Origin: Candidatus Eiseniibacteriota bacterium
Lineage (GTDB): Bacteria > Eisenbacteria > RBG-16-71-46 > CAZAMP01
NCBI GenBank assembly: GCA_965224245.1
Contig: OZ245046.1
Location: 1,760,001-1,824,000, forward strand
DNA length: 64,000 nt
Reading direction: 5' to 3'
The notes beneath the pieces were generated by a model, which was not told the DNA's origin, searched no databases, and worked only from the letters and a program-made list of their open reading frames with translations. A program made the position numbers and the translations under genes. How positions within the stretch are numbered: position 1 is the first letter of the stretch; each line of letters begins with the position of its first letter. Below are positions 8,750-18,794 of the stretch, piece after piece.

Positions 8750-11409
8750 ACGAACGGGAGCGTTTCCAGCGGCTCAAGCGCATCTTCGACGAGGCCTGCG
8801 AGCTGCCGGCTCACGATCGCGCCGCCTACCTCGACAGCGCCTGCGGCGGTGACGTCGAGCTCCGGGAAGAGGTGGCCGCGCTGCTCGCCGCCGAAGGGGA
8901 CCCGGACGCCGCGCTGGGCGTTTCCCATCGGGGCGCCGGTCCCGAGATCCTCGCCGAGGAGCTGTCCTCCACCGCGTTCGACGCCGAGGCCCTCCCCGCC
9001 CGGATCGGTGACCACGAGATCCTGCGCGAGATCGGTCGCGGCGGCATGGGGGTGGTGTACGAGGCGCAGCAGGCGCATCCGCGGCGTCGTGTGGCTTTGA
9101 AGGTCATCCGTGGCACGTACGTGACCCCGGAGCTCGTGAAGCGCTTCCGTCACGAAGCACAGCTCCTCGGCCAGCTCGATCACTCGGGCATCGCCCACGT
9201 CTACGAAGCCGGCTCGGCAATGGTCGGAGACACACGACGGCCATACCTCGTGATGGAGCTCGTCGACGGACAGCCCCTCGACGAGCACGTGCGTGCCGAG
9301 AGAGTCGACGTCCGCCAGATCCTCGAGCTCATGGCGATGGTGTGTGACGCCGTTCAGCACGCGCACCAGCGGGGCATCATTCATCGTGACCTCAAGCCCC
9401 CCAACGTCCTCGTCAAGCGCAACCCCGACCTGCGGGGAGACGACCCATCCGTGATCGACGCACCCGTACAGCCGAAGGTGCTCGACTTCGGCGTGGCCCG
9501 GGCGACCGATGCCGATCTCGCGGTGACCACGGTCAACACCCGCGCCGGCCAGGTCGTGGGCACGCTGTCGTACATGAGCCCCGAGCAGGTGGCCGGGCAG
9601 ACCGACGTCGACACGCGCTGTGACGTGTACGCGCTGGGCGTCATCCTGTACGAGCTGCTCGCCGGTGAGCGACCCTTCGACCTCGCCCGAACGCCGATGG
9701 CGGAGGCGGCTCGTGTCATCGCCGAGGAGGATCCCACCAGCCTGGGCACCCGGGTTCCCGATCTCGATCACGACGTGGTCACGATCGTGTCGAAGGCGAT
9801 GGACAAGGATCGGGAGCGCCGGTACCGATCCGCCGCCGAGCTCGCGGACGATCTTCGCCGGTATCTGCGCAGCGAGCCCATCTCCGCACGTCCCCCCAGC
9901 GCGACCTATCTGTTGCGGCGCTTCGCCCGTCGGAACCGCGCCATCGTGGTCGGGACCCTGGCCACGATCACGGTCCTCGTGGCCGGTCTGATCGCATCGA
10001 CCGCGGGCTTCATCTCCGCCCGCACGGAGCGCGATGCCAAGACGTCCGCCCTGGAGACCTCCGACGCCGTGATCGACTTCCTGAGCGACATGCTCACGGC
10101 GGCTCGGCCGGAGGCTCGAGGTCGCGACGTCACCGTGGTGGACCTCCTGGGACAGGCATCGGGTGACCTCGGCGATCGCTTCGAGAACCGTCCGGGCGTG
10201 GCGGGGAAGCTACGCAGCGTCATCGGCGGGACCTATGTGGCGCTCGGCGAATACCAGGCCGCGGACAGCCATGCCGTCGCCGCGGTCGAGCTCCTGCGGG
10301 TGTCGTCACCCGGGCCCGACCCCGAGCTGGCCGACGCCCTCGTCGTGCTCGGCACGGTGAAGTACTTCCTCGGCGATCCCGAGGCCGCCCTGGCAGCGGC
10401 CACCGAAGCCGCGGAGATGTTCGGCGCGCTCGATCCACCGGATGAGGAGAGGGCGCTGAACGCGGAGGCCGATGCCGCGTTCATGACCATGGCCCTGGGA
10501 CGACTGGACGAGGCGCGCGAACGCTTCGTGAAGGTGTCGTCCGCCGCCCGGCGCCTCGGCGGCCCGGACGGCGAGGCATCGATGACCATCGATGGCAACC
10601 TCGCCATGCTCGACGGCCGCCGCCGGGACTACGCGGCGTCGGAGGAGCGCTTCCTCGACGTGATCGAGCGGTCGCGGCGCGTACGCGGCGCGGACCACCC
10701 GTCGACCACGCAGCTCGTGGCGAACTACGCGTCGGTTCTCGTCAACGAGGGACGGCCGGCTGAAGCCATTCCCTACCTCAGGGAAACCCTGGCCGCCCAG
10801 GAGAAAGCCCTGGGCGAGGGTCACTCGAAGACGCTCATCACCCTGGGCAATCTCGCGCAGGCCCTGACGAGTACCGGATCGTTCGAGGAGGCGGAAGCGC
10901 TGGCACGGGAAGACCTGCGGCGAGCCATCCAGGCGTACGGAGATCGATCGCGCAGCGTGTTCTTTGCGCGGCACTCGCTGGCCTGGATCGTGGGGCAGTC
11001 CGGGGACACGGAGCGGTCGATCCCGATCTTCGCGGAGAACCTCGCCCTCTCACGGGATCTGCTCACGTTCGACGACAACGGCGCACGTAGCGCCTGGACG
11101 GCCCTGATCGGAGCGCTCCTGGAGGCGGGCGCCTATGCGGCCTGCTTGGATACGACCCGCTCGTTCATCGGACTCGCCGCACGGAACGGGGTCACTGATG
11201 GCAGACACCTCATGCTCGCGCACAGGACCGCGGCACAGGCGTTGGTGGCCCTGAAGCGGTACGACGACGCCGAACGCGAGCTCGACCTGGCCCTGGCCGG
11301 CGCCGACTCCACCGATCGCCACGAGCTGGCCGAGGCATTCGTCGAGCTCTACGAGGCGACTGGACGGGAAGACGCCGCTCGCGAGTGGCGGCGTCACCTG
11401 GACCCCTGA
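8746..11409 (+). CDS. Hanks Ser/Thr protein kinase with TM helix and TPR repeats (ECF-coupled)
   Basis: ATGA overlap with the ECF stop; GRGGMGVVY, VALK, HRDLKPPN, DFG, GTLSYMSPEQ; TM AIVVGTLATITVLVAGLIAS; GADHPST and GEGHSKT repeats. Confidence 0.95.
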   Translation: MNERERFQRLKRIFDEACELPAHDRAAYLDSACGGDVELREEVAALLAAEGDPDAALGVSHRGAGPEILAEELSSTAFDAEALPARIGDHEILREIGRGGMGVVYEAQQAHPRRRVALKVIRGTYVTPELVKRFRHEAQLLGQLDHSGIAHVYEAGSAMVGDTRRPYLVMELVDGQPLDEHVRAERVDVRQILELMAMVCDAVQHAHQRGIIHRDLKPPNVLVKRNPDLRGDDPSVIDAPVQPKVLDFGVARATDADLAVTTVNTRAGQVVGTLSYMSPEQVAGQTDVDTRCDVYALGVILYELLAGERPFDLARTPMAEAARVIAEEDPTSLGTRVPDLDHDVVTIVSKAMDKDRERRYRSAAELADDLRRYLRSEPISARPPSATYLLRRFARRNRAIVVGTLATITVLVAGLIASTAGFISARTERDAKTSALETSDAVIDFLSDMLTAARPEARGRDVTVVDLLGQASGDLGDRFENRPGVAGKLRSVIGGTYVALGEYQAADSHAVAAVELLRVSSPGPDPELADALVVLGTVKYFLGDPEAALAAATEAAEMFGALDPPDEERALNAEADAAFMTMALGRLDEARERFVKVSSAARRLGGPDGEASMTIDGNLAMLDGRRRDYAASEERFLDVIERSRRVRGADHPSTTQLVANYASVLVNEGRPAEAIPYLRETLAAQEKALGEGHSKTLITLGNLAQALTSTGSFEEAEALAREDLRRAIQAYGDRSRSVFFARHSLAWIVGQSGDTERSIPIFAENLALSRDLLTFDDNGARSAWTALIGALLEAGAYAACLDTTRSFIGLAARNGVTDGRHLMLAHRTAAQALVALKRYDDAERELDLALAGADSTDRHELAEAFVELYEATGREDAAREWRRHLDP

Positions 11410-11790
11410 GCCGTACTGCAAGCCGCAGCAGAGCGTTAGGACCCCATCGCGCCAGCCGGCGTCCCTCCGGGGCCGCCCGTCCCGAGTCCGCCGCGGCTTC
11501 CGAATCCGGATCCGAGTCGAGCTGGCCGGCGCCAATCGCTCGCTCCGGAGAAGAAAGTTCGCCTCACCGTGTCCTAGTCGGCACGTCGATCCCGTGGATC
11601 GGGTGAGTGCGCGCGGCGCCACGGTGTCGCGCGAGGACACGAGATCCCATGGATTCATCACCCTCGCTCATGCCTCGCCGGTCGTCTGTGCTCGGCCCCA
11701 ATCACAGGGCACGTGGGGTCAGTCACGGCCCGGAGACACCTGAAACGGCGGACGGTCCCCTCCGGCATCGCCCAAATACGGAGAAGACGA

Positions 11791-14700
11791 ATGAGACACA
11801 CTCGACGCACGTTCTCGGCTCTGCTCCTCGCTCACCTCGCGCTGCCCTGCATCGCGGGAGCCGGAAGCTTCACCGAGGACTTCACGACCACGACCTACCG
11901 GGACCCGGTCGCCACGACCGCGAACTGGGACACCACCGACGAGGAGCTCAGGCTCTTCCCCTTCAGCCTGAGCCTGACCGGCAGCGCGGACACGCCGGGC
12001 GTCGCCAACGATCAGTTCGTCTCGGGAGACCACGCGTACATCGCCGACGGCACCTCGGGTCTCCAGGTGATCGACATCTCCGATCCGGCCGCGCCGGTCC
12101 TCGTCGGCTCGTTCGATACCCCGGGAGACGCCGCCGGCATCTATGTCGACGGTGATCAGGCGTTCGTGGCGGACGGGCTCAGCGGTCTCCAGGTGATCGA
12201 CGTGAGTGACCCCACCTCCCCGGCCAGCCTCGGTAGCGCGAACACGCCGGGCTTCGCCTACAGCGTCTTCGTGAGCGGCGATCACGCCTATGTCGCGGAC
12301 AACACCGGCGGATTGCAGGTGGTGGACGTGAGCGATCCCGCGTCGCCGGCGATCGTGGGGTCGGTCGTTCCCTTCGGTGAAGCTCGGAAGGTGTTCGTCG
12401 ACGGGGACCACGCCTTCCTGGCCTACGACGCCGTGGGGCTCCGGGTGATCGACGTGTCCGAGCCGACCGCCCCGGCTCTCGCCGGCATCGTCGACACTCC
12501 CGGTCAAGCCCACAGCGTCGTGGTCGACGGCGATCATGCCTTCGTGGCCGACGGCGGCTCCGGCCTGCAGGTGATCGACGTCTCCGACCCCACCGCCCCT
12601 GCGATCGTCGGCACGGTCGACACGCCCGGGGTCGCCGAGGGCGTCTCGGTCTCAGGCAACCGTCTCTATCTGGCCGACCGCGCGGAGGGCGTCGTGATGA
12701 TCGACGTCACCGACCCCACCGCGCCGGTGATCCTGCAGACGATCGCGACGCCCGGCTTCGCCCGCGAGGTGATGGCCGACGGGGAGCACGCGTACGTGGC
12801 ACAGAACACGTCCGGTCTGGAGGTGATCCAGGTCGCCGCTCGCGTGGGCTCGCCGGCCCTGGCCGGTAGCGTCGCGACCTCGTCGTGCCATGCGGTGGCG
12901 GTCTCGGGCGATCATGCCATCGTGCGGGACCAGGGCGCCAACGGCCTTCACGTGATCGACATCAGCGATCCCGCGACTCCCACTCTCGTGGGGTTCTATG
13001 CCGGGGGGTTGAGCGATGGCGGTGGTGTCGCGGTCTCGGGCGACTACGTCTTCACGGCGGACTACGGGGCGGTCGGCCTTCACGTGGTCGACATCAGCGA
13101 TCCCACCAGCCCCACCCTCGCCGGATCCTATGGAGGCCTGTTCGAAGGTAGCAGCGTCACGGTCTCGGGCGCCCACGCCTTCGTGGCCGACGGCTCGGCC
13201 GGAATCAAGGTGATCGACATCAGCGATCCCACCAGCCCCACCCTCGTCGGCTCCCACGATACGCCCGGCTATGCGTCGAAAGTCGCGGTGGCGGGCGATT
13301 TCGCCCTCGTCGCGGACAACAGCTCCGGCCTCCGGGTTCTCGACATCAGCGATCCCACCAATCCCTCGCCCGCCGGCTCCTACAGCACGCCCAGCCCCAC
13401 CTATGGCGTCGCGGTGTCAGGGGATCTCGCCGTCGTTGCGATCGGGAACGCCGGCCTGCAGGTGATCGACATCAGCGATCCGACCAACCCCTCGTTCGTC
13501 GGCTCCTACAACACGCCCCACTTCGCCTACGGCGTCTCGCTGGCGGGCAATCTCGCCCTCGTGGCCGACGGCGGCTCGGGTCTGCAGGTGATGGACATCA
13601 CCGATCCCGCCAATCCCTCGCTCGTGGGTTCCTACGATACGCCCGGTCAGTCGCGTGACGTGGCGATCGCGGGCGACCACGCCTTCGTGAGCGATGGAAG
13701 CAGTCTTCAGGTGATCGCCGTGCTCCAGACCGAGGTGGACCCGGTTCGCAACGTCGGTCAGTCGCTCGCCGTCGATGGGGGGACCGAGATCATTCCGCGC
13801 GCCCGGGTCACGAGCACGGAGACCGCCGGGATCTCGTGGGAGCTGAGTGCGGATGCGGGCGCGAACTGGCAGACGCTCGACGCGGACGGCTCATGGGCGG
13901 GGCTGACTCCGGGTGAGGATCTTCTCTGGCGTACCACACATGCATGGGCCTCTCCCGGGGTGAATCCGGCGGTGTCGGACCTGACCATCGACTGGCTGAA
14001 CGAGTTCGCTCCGATCATGTCGATCACCGACATCCCCGATGATCAGGGCGGTCGGGTGTCGCTCACGTTCGACCGATCCGGCTACGACTTCCTCGACGAG
14101 ACGGTCCATCCCATCGTCGGGTACGCGATCTATCGACGTGTCGATGATCCGCCCCTCGCGCGGCAGGCGCTCGAGAGCGGAGTCGTCCCCGAGGCGGAGC
14201 CGGTCGATGGGCCACCGCTCGCCGCGTATGGACTCGAACACATCCGGGTCATCGGGGACCGCGTGTTCGTCGAGGGCGATCGCGCACGCCGGGGAAGCGG
14301 CTTTCCCCCCGGCGTCTGGGAGGGCGTGGGCTGGGTACTGCCGACTCAGAGCGACGCCTACGTGGCCAACGTCCACACGCTGTCGGACTCGACGGCCTCT
14401 GGCACGGCCTGGTCCGTGTACTTCACCGCGACCCACACGTCGACGCCGTCGATCTGGTTCGCGAGTGCGCCCGACAGCGGCTACTCCGTCGACAACATCC
14501 CGCCCAGCGTGCCGACGGGCCTCGCCCGGATGGGTGACGATCTCTCGTGGGACCCGGCTCCGGAGCCCGACTTCGAGTACCACACCGTCTACGGGTCCGA
14601 CGTCGCGGAGCTCGATCCGACGGCCACGCTCATCGGGTACACCGTCGATTCGACGTACGACGTGAGCAGCTCCCCCTTCGCCTACTACCACGTGACCACC

Positions 14701-15060
14701 TCGGACCGCGCCGGCAACGAGAGCGACGCCGCCAGCATCGAGGGTCCTCTGGTCTCGGTCACGCCCGGCGACGTTCCGCCGAGCGCGTTCGCGCTGCAAC
14801 CGGCCCATCCGAACCCGATGCGCTCGGGAACGACGCTGAGGTTCGATCTTCCGGAGCCGGGGTACGCCGCGCTGCAGATCGTCGACGTCGCGGGACGACG
14901 CGTGCGGACGCTCTCCGCCGGCCATCACCCGGCGGGTCGATACACGCTGTCCTGGGATGGACGCGACGACAGGAACGCGCCGGTGGTATCGGGTGTCTAC
15001 TTCGCGCGGCTGGAGGCGCCGTCGTCGAAGGCGGTGCAGCGGCTTCTCGTGATCCGGTAA
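11791..15060 (+). CDS. Secreted LVIVD-repeat protein (14 repeats, likely two 7-bladed propellers) with FlgD-Ig/T9SS-like C-terminal domain
   Basis: Signal peptide MRHTRRTFSALLLAHLALPCIAGA; 14 'GLqVIDiSDP' units; C-terminus AHPNP..TTLRFDLP..DVAGRRVRTL..WDGRDD..SGVYFARL. Confidence 0.9.
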   Translation: MRHTRRTFSALLLAHLALPCIAGAGSFTEDFTTTTYRDPVATTANWDTTDEELRLFPFSLSLTGSADTPGVANDQFVSGDHAYIADGTSGLQVIDISDPAAPVLVGSFDTPGDAAGIYVDGDQAFVADGLSGLQVIDVSDPTSPASLGSANTPGFAYSVFVSGDHAYVADNTGGLQVVDVSDPASPAIVGSVVPFGEARKVFVDGDHAFLAYDAVGLRVIDVSEPTAPALAGIVDTPGQAHSVVVDGDHAFVADGGSGLQVIDVSDPTAPAIVGTVDTPGVAEGVSVSGNRLYLADRAEGVVMIDVTDPTAPVILQTIATPGFAREVMADGEHAYVAQNTSGLEVIQVAARVGSPALAGSVATSSCHAVAVSGDHAIVRDQGANGLHVIDISDPATPTLVGFYAGGLSDGGGVAVSGDYVFTADYGAVGLHVVDISDPTSPTLAGSYGGLFEGSSVTVSGAHAFVADGSAGIKVIDISDPTSPTLVGSHDTPGYASKVAVAGDFALVADNSSGLRVLDISDPTNPSPAGSYSTPSPTYGVAVSGDLAVVAIGNAGLQVIDISDPTNPSFVGSYNTPHFAYGVSLAGNLALVADGGSGLQVMDITDPANPSLVGSYDTPGQSRDVAIAGDHAFVSDGSSLQVIAVLQTEVDPVRNVGQSLAVDGGTEIIPRARVTSTETAGISWELSADAGANWQTLDADGSWAGLTPGEDLLWRTTHAWASPGVNPAVSDLTIDWLNEFAPIMSITDIPDDQGGRVSLTFDRSGYDFLDETVHPIVGYAIYRRVDDPPLARQALESGVVPEAEPVDGPPLAAYGLEHIRVIGDRVFVEGDRARRGSGFPPGVWEGVGWVLPTQSDAYVANVHTLSDSTASGTAWSVYFTATHTSTPSIWFASAPDSGYSVDNIPPSVPTGLARMGDDLSWDPAPEPDFEYHTVYGSDVAELDPTATLIGYTVDSTYDVSSSPFAYYHVTTSDRAGNESDAASIEGPLVSVTPGDVPPSAFALQPAHPNPMRSGTTLRFDLPEPGYAALQIVDVAGRRVRTLSAGHHPAGRYTLSWDGRDDRNAPVVSGVYFARLEAPSSKAVQRLLVIR

Positions 15061-15561
15061 TGTCCGCGCCGTGATCGCCTCCCGGGCTCCGGGAGGCCAT
15101 CGCGGCCCGCGACTCCGCTGGGTCGGTCTGGCCGCCGTTCCACGACGGTCATGTATTCGCGGCGGGATCGCGGTCGCACCATCAGTCGCGCCAGCCTCGC
15201 GCGGAGCCAGCGGCGACGCGTACTCACCCGAGACGAGCACGACATCATGCACCCGGGTGCAACAACCGGCCTCACCTCGCGGTGAAACGCCGGGTGCCGG
15301 TCGAGCTCGGGGGCCGGAGACAACCGCACACACTCGAGGCATCAGGTGGTGAGGAGTTCCGTGAGGCCACTCCCGGCCGGGACGACGCGCTGTCCCCGCC
15401 AGGCAGGTTTGCCGGAGTGGCTCGATCGGACACCGCGCCCGGCACTTGATCGCTGGCCACCTCTCGAGGACGGCCACAAGCGCGCCGCTGAGCCGCGGTA
15501 CTCGATAACGGCTTCAACGGCATCGAGGTCGCGAACGCCAGAGCGCTCGCCCTGCGCGCGA

Positions 15562-17634
15562 TCACCCTCGCACGCGCACGACCTCCACGGCCCCGAACTG
15601 CACCAGCCGCTCCACGATCCCGCGCACCGCTGCCGCATCGACACCCTCGGGGACTCGCCGCGCGATCTCATCGATCGTCAACGCCGGCTCCGTCTCGAAC
15701 AGCGTGAACACGTCCGCCACCACCGGCGGAACGCCGACCCGTCGGCCGCTCGCGATGTGACAGAGCGAGCTCGCCTCCGCCGCCGGCGTGGACCCGTTCC
15801 GGCGGAGCAAGAGCACCTCGCCGGTCGATCGAAGCGCATCTCCGTTGCCGTTCCACCCGGACTCGCGCTCGGCGTGTCGCCGGAGGCTTCCCTTCCAGAG
15901 TCGGAGGAACTCTTCGCGCCCATGACTGAGGAAGTACATGAGCGACTCCTCCTGCGCGAACACCTCGGGGTGGGTCACCTTCCGGATCCCGGCGTTCACC
16001 TCGGCCCAGGAGGACTTGCGTCGCGACCCGTCCGGATCGTCGGCGGTGATCGGCTGGTACGAGATCGACAGCGTCCGACCGTCGTCGCCCATCTTCCCGG
16101 TCATGCCGAACCGATCCGGGTCCTCGAACATCTCCGAGCCCTTGACCAGGTGGAACTCGTGCGCGTTGGCCGTGAACCCCGGGCGATCGGTGACGAGCTC
16201 GGTCGTCACTCGGAGCGTATCCAGCGCCTGCTCGTGCGTCTCCCCGGGAAAGCCGACCATCAGCGAGAGGTGCGCCGAGAGACCAGTCGCCGTGACGCTG
16301 TCGAGCACGTCGCGTACCACGTCGAGGTCCACGCCCTTCGCCATGCGTTCGAGCACCTCGCGGTTGCCGGACTCGAGACCGTAGAAGATGCCGTACGCGC
16401 CGGACGCCGCCAGCGCCTCGCAGCTCTCGCGCGTGAACCCGCCGTCGAGGCGCGCCATGAAGTACCAGGCACACTCGAGCCCGCGCTCGCGGATCTCGTT
16501 GGCGAGCCGCGTCGCGCGGGCGCTGGAGACCGCCTCGTCGACGAGCATCATGGCCTTGACGTCGTGCTTCCGGGCCACGGCCTCCAGGTTGTCGACGGCC
16601 ATCTGGAGCGGCATCTGGCGGTACCGGCCATCGGGGCTTCGCACGTAGCTGCAGAACGTGCACTTGTTCCAGTAGCAGCCCCGGCTCGCCTCCAGCGGGA
16701 AGATCACCTCGCCGTTGAGATAGTCGTCGAGGTTGAGCCCGTCGAAGTCGGGCGGCGGCAGCTCGGCGAGGCGCATGCTCGCGACGTTGTCCGAGATGAC
16801 GACGTGCCCGTCATCGCCCCGCCACACGAGGTTCTCTCCCCCACGCGGGTCGGTACCCGCCTCTAGGGCGCGTATCAGGTTCGTGAGCGCGACCTCGCCG
16901 TCGTGCATGACGATGTAGTCGATCACGTCGAACAGCGGCGGCATGCGCTCGGGGTTCGAGCACAGCTGCGTGACCACGTGTCCACCCACGACGACGGGTA
17001 GATCCGGTCGGCGCCGCTTCAGTGCCGCCGCGAGAAACACCGCGAAGAAGAGCTGCTGGCGGAACGGCACCGTGATGCCCACGAGATCGGGCGCCTCCCG
17101 CTCGAGCCAGGGCACGACCGTCTCCTCCTCGAACCGGCTCAGCACGGGGTGCGGGTTGCGGACGGCCTCGTCAACCATCTCCCCCGCCGACAGCCAGGAC
17201 CAGCGGTCGAACGGGAGCTCGCGCGCGATCAACGTCTCCGCCACGTGGAGGACGCTCCGGTGGATGGCGTGCCCGGCGCGGCCGGTGACCGGATCGAAGC
17301 GGTACGTGTCCAGCCGCTTCAGCGCGGCGCGGCTCTCGTCGAGCCGGCCCTCGAGCGCGCCGAGCAGCAGTGCCAGATCATCGAGCGCATGCGCGCGCTT
17401 CGCATCCTGTCCGTTCGTGCCCGCGCCGTTGCGAAGGCGTGTGACGCGCGCTTCCACGTCCCGTCGGGTTCTCGTGAGTGACGCCGACGAGAAGAGCCAG
17501 TCGTTGAAGATCGTGTTGAGGTCGGTCTGGGTGACGTCTTTGCCGTCCCGGCGCAGGTACGCGGTCAGGGCGGGCAGCGCGAGATGCGGGGCGACGGTGC
17601 CGGCCAGAGGTGGGTAGACGAGCGCGGTCTTCAC
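15562..17634 (-). CDS. Cobalamin-binding radical SAM protein (class B methyltransferase-like) with winged-helix/RRE-like C-terminal tail
   Basis: B12 domain LVYPP..PHLALPALTAYL, VVVGG, DGEVAL; SRGCYWNKCTFC (CxxxCxxC); GLESGN; MVGFPGET. GTG start at 17634 is inferred. Confidence 0.9.
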   Translation of the reverse strand: MKTALVYPPLAGTVAPHLALPALTAYLRRDGKDVTQTDLNTIFNDWLFSSASLTRTRRDVEARVTRLRNGAGTNGQDAKRAHALDDLALLLGALEGRLDESRAALKRLDTYRFDPVTGRAGHAIHRSVLHVAETLIARELPFDRWSWLSAGEMVDEAVRNPHPVLSRFEEETVVPWLEREAPDLVGITVPFRQQLFFAVFLAAALKRRRPDLPVVVGGHVVTQLCSNPERMPPLFDVIDYIVMHDGEVALTNLIRALEAGTDPRGGENLVWRGDDGHVVISDNVASMRLAELPPPDFDGLNLDDYLNGEVIFPLEASRGCYWNKCTFCSYVRSPDGRYRQMPLQMAVDNLEAVARKHDVKAMMLVDEAVSSARATRLANEIRERGLECAWYFMARLDGGFTRESCEALAASGAYGIFYGLESGNREVLERMAKGVDLDVVRDVLDSVTATGLSAHLSLMVGFPGETHEQALDTLRVTTELVTDRPGFTANAHEFHLVKGSEMFEDPDRFGMTGKMGDDGRTLSISYQPITADDPDGSRRKSSWAEVNAGIRKVTHPEVFAQEESLMYFLSHGREEFLRLWKGSLRRHAERESGWNGNGDALRSTGEVLLLRRNGSTPAAEASSLCHIASGRRVGVPPVVADVFTLFETEPALTIDEIARRVPEGVDAAAVRGIVERLVQFGAVEVVRVRG

Positions 17635-17719
17635 GGGACTCCCGGGTTGCAGGCGTGATCGACCCGACCATTCTCGCATGTCGGTCCCCGTCGTGACAAC
17701 GAGCGGCGCCATCGTGCAA

Positions 17720-17870
17720 ACGACAGGGCGATGCGTGATGTCTTTCCTGGGATCCAACGCCGACCAGGACATCGACTCGTTCGACCCCGTTCCCGACTAC
17801 GACATCGACGAGACGTGCATCGATCTCGGCGCGGCGCCGTGGCCAGCGTTTTGCTGGAATGCCTGCGCGA
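17720..17870 (+). pseudogene. Possible remnant of an M20 amidohydrolase C-terminus
   Basis: MSFLGSNADQDIDSFDPVPDYDIDETCIDLG resembles M20D 'FFLGS...HHP.FDIDE..L..G'; a shifted frame continues AVASVLLECLR. Confidence 0.35.
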
Positions 17871-18054
17871 CCCCGCGAACTGGCACACGCCGGCGTGCGT
17901 CGTGATGCTTCACGGAGCGACGTGCCCGTCACTCATCGCCTGGGCTGAACATTCGGACTTGCAGCGAGGTCCGTTGCGGCGAGATCGAACGTGCACCCGG
18001 GTACACTCTCGCCCATGAGAACCTCCACGTCGGCGGTCCACCACCGGAGCGCCA

Positions 18055-18300
18055 GCGGTAGACGGCCTTCACCTGCCCCCACGTCGACGTCTCCACCCGG
18101 CTGGATCAATCCATTCCTTCCATGTGGATGTCGTCGTTCACGATCGACGCCGCGGTCGTGCCCCGAGGGCGATCGACAGGACCACGGCGTCGGTGGCGGG
18201 GGGCCGCCGTCGAAGCGCTCGAACTCGAGGTGCGGGTCGGTCATCAGCCCGACGGCCGAACGCACGAGGATCGAGCCGCCGGTCCCACCCTGCGTGATGA
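18055..18300 (-). pseudogene. Decayed secreted protein ending in a 'TWGxxKxxYR' C-terminal motif
   Basis: Minus strand reads ..SIVNDDIHMEGMD*SSRVETSTWGQVKAVYR (motif at 18055-18096); upstream pieces are frameshifted. Confidence 0.55.
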
Positions 18301-18391
18301 GCCGGACCGTTCGACGACCTCCGTCACGCCGGGCTCACCGTCCACGTTCGGGCACGCCGAAGACCGGTCGTCGGACGGCGGTGTACGTGCC

Positions 18392-18423
18392 TGTATCCCC
18401 TGGCACGCATCTTCCGTCCAAGT
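18392..18423 (+). promoter_or_regulatory. Putative ECF promoter, copy 1 (TGTATC-N16-CCGTCC-AAGT)
   Basis: Upstream of the CMD-ECF operon; same boxes and spacing as the copy at 19403. Confidence 0.7.
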
Positions 18424-18464
18424 GAGCGCAGACGGGATCGAAACCGAACCGAGAGGAGAGTCAC

Positions 18465-18794
18465 ATGTCTCACCTGACGCTGAAGCAGCGCGAGCTCGCG
18501 GCCATCGGCGCTTCGCTCGCCAGCAACTGCATCCCCTGCATCAAGTATCACGTGCAGAAGGGTCGGGAGGCCGGCCTCACCGACGAGGAGATCGCCGAGG
18601 CCGTCGAGATCGCCGACACGGTTCGCCAGGTGCCCGCTCGGAACGTGCAGAAGGCCGCGAGCGCCGCCCTCCGTCACCGCGGTCCTCGAACCACGGTCGA
18701 CGAGGAGAAACCGGGTTGTGGAGACGCCGCCGACGTCTCAGAATCGTCGAGGGCGGTGGAGTCTCCCTGCTGCGGCCCGGAGAGCGATCCATGA
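18465..18794 (+). CDS. Carboxymuconolactone decarboxylase/AhpD-like protein with Cys-rich tail
   Basis: LTLKQRELAAIGASLASNCIPCIKYH..GLTDEEIAEA; tail GCG..PCCG; GAGGAG ribosome-binding site. Confidence 0.88.
   Translation: MSHLTLKQRELAAIGASLASNCIPCIKYHVQKGREAGLTDEEIAEAVEIADTVRQVPARNVQKAASAALRHRGPRTTVDEEKPGCGDAADVSESSRAVESPCCGPESDP

Noticed and set aside
11990-13720. Regular ~126-bp repeats as a CRISPR array or DGR
   Set aside because: They are in-frame, degenerate LVIVD coding repeats; no unique spacers, cas genes or reverse transcriptase are present.
15061-15561. Short ORFs between the LVIVD and radical SAM genes
   Set aside because: Low-complexity Arg/Pro/Ser translations with no ribosome-binding site or motif; probably decayed or non-coding DNA.
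17738-17905. 55-aa acidic, Cys/Trp-containing ORF next to the radical SAM gene as a RiPP precursor
   Set aside because: It is divergent from the enzyme, has no clear ribosome-binding site, and its FLGS..DYDIDETCIDLG segment fits a decayed M20 amidohydrolase C-terminus better. Not fully excluded.
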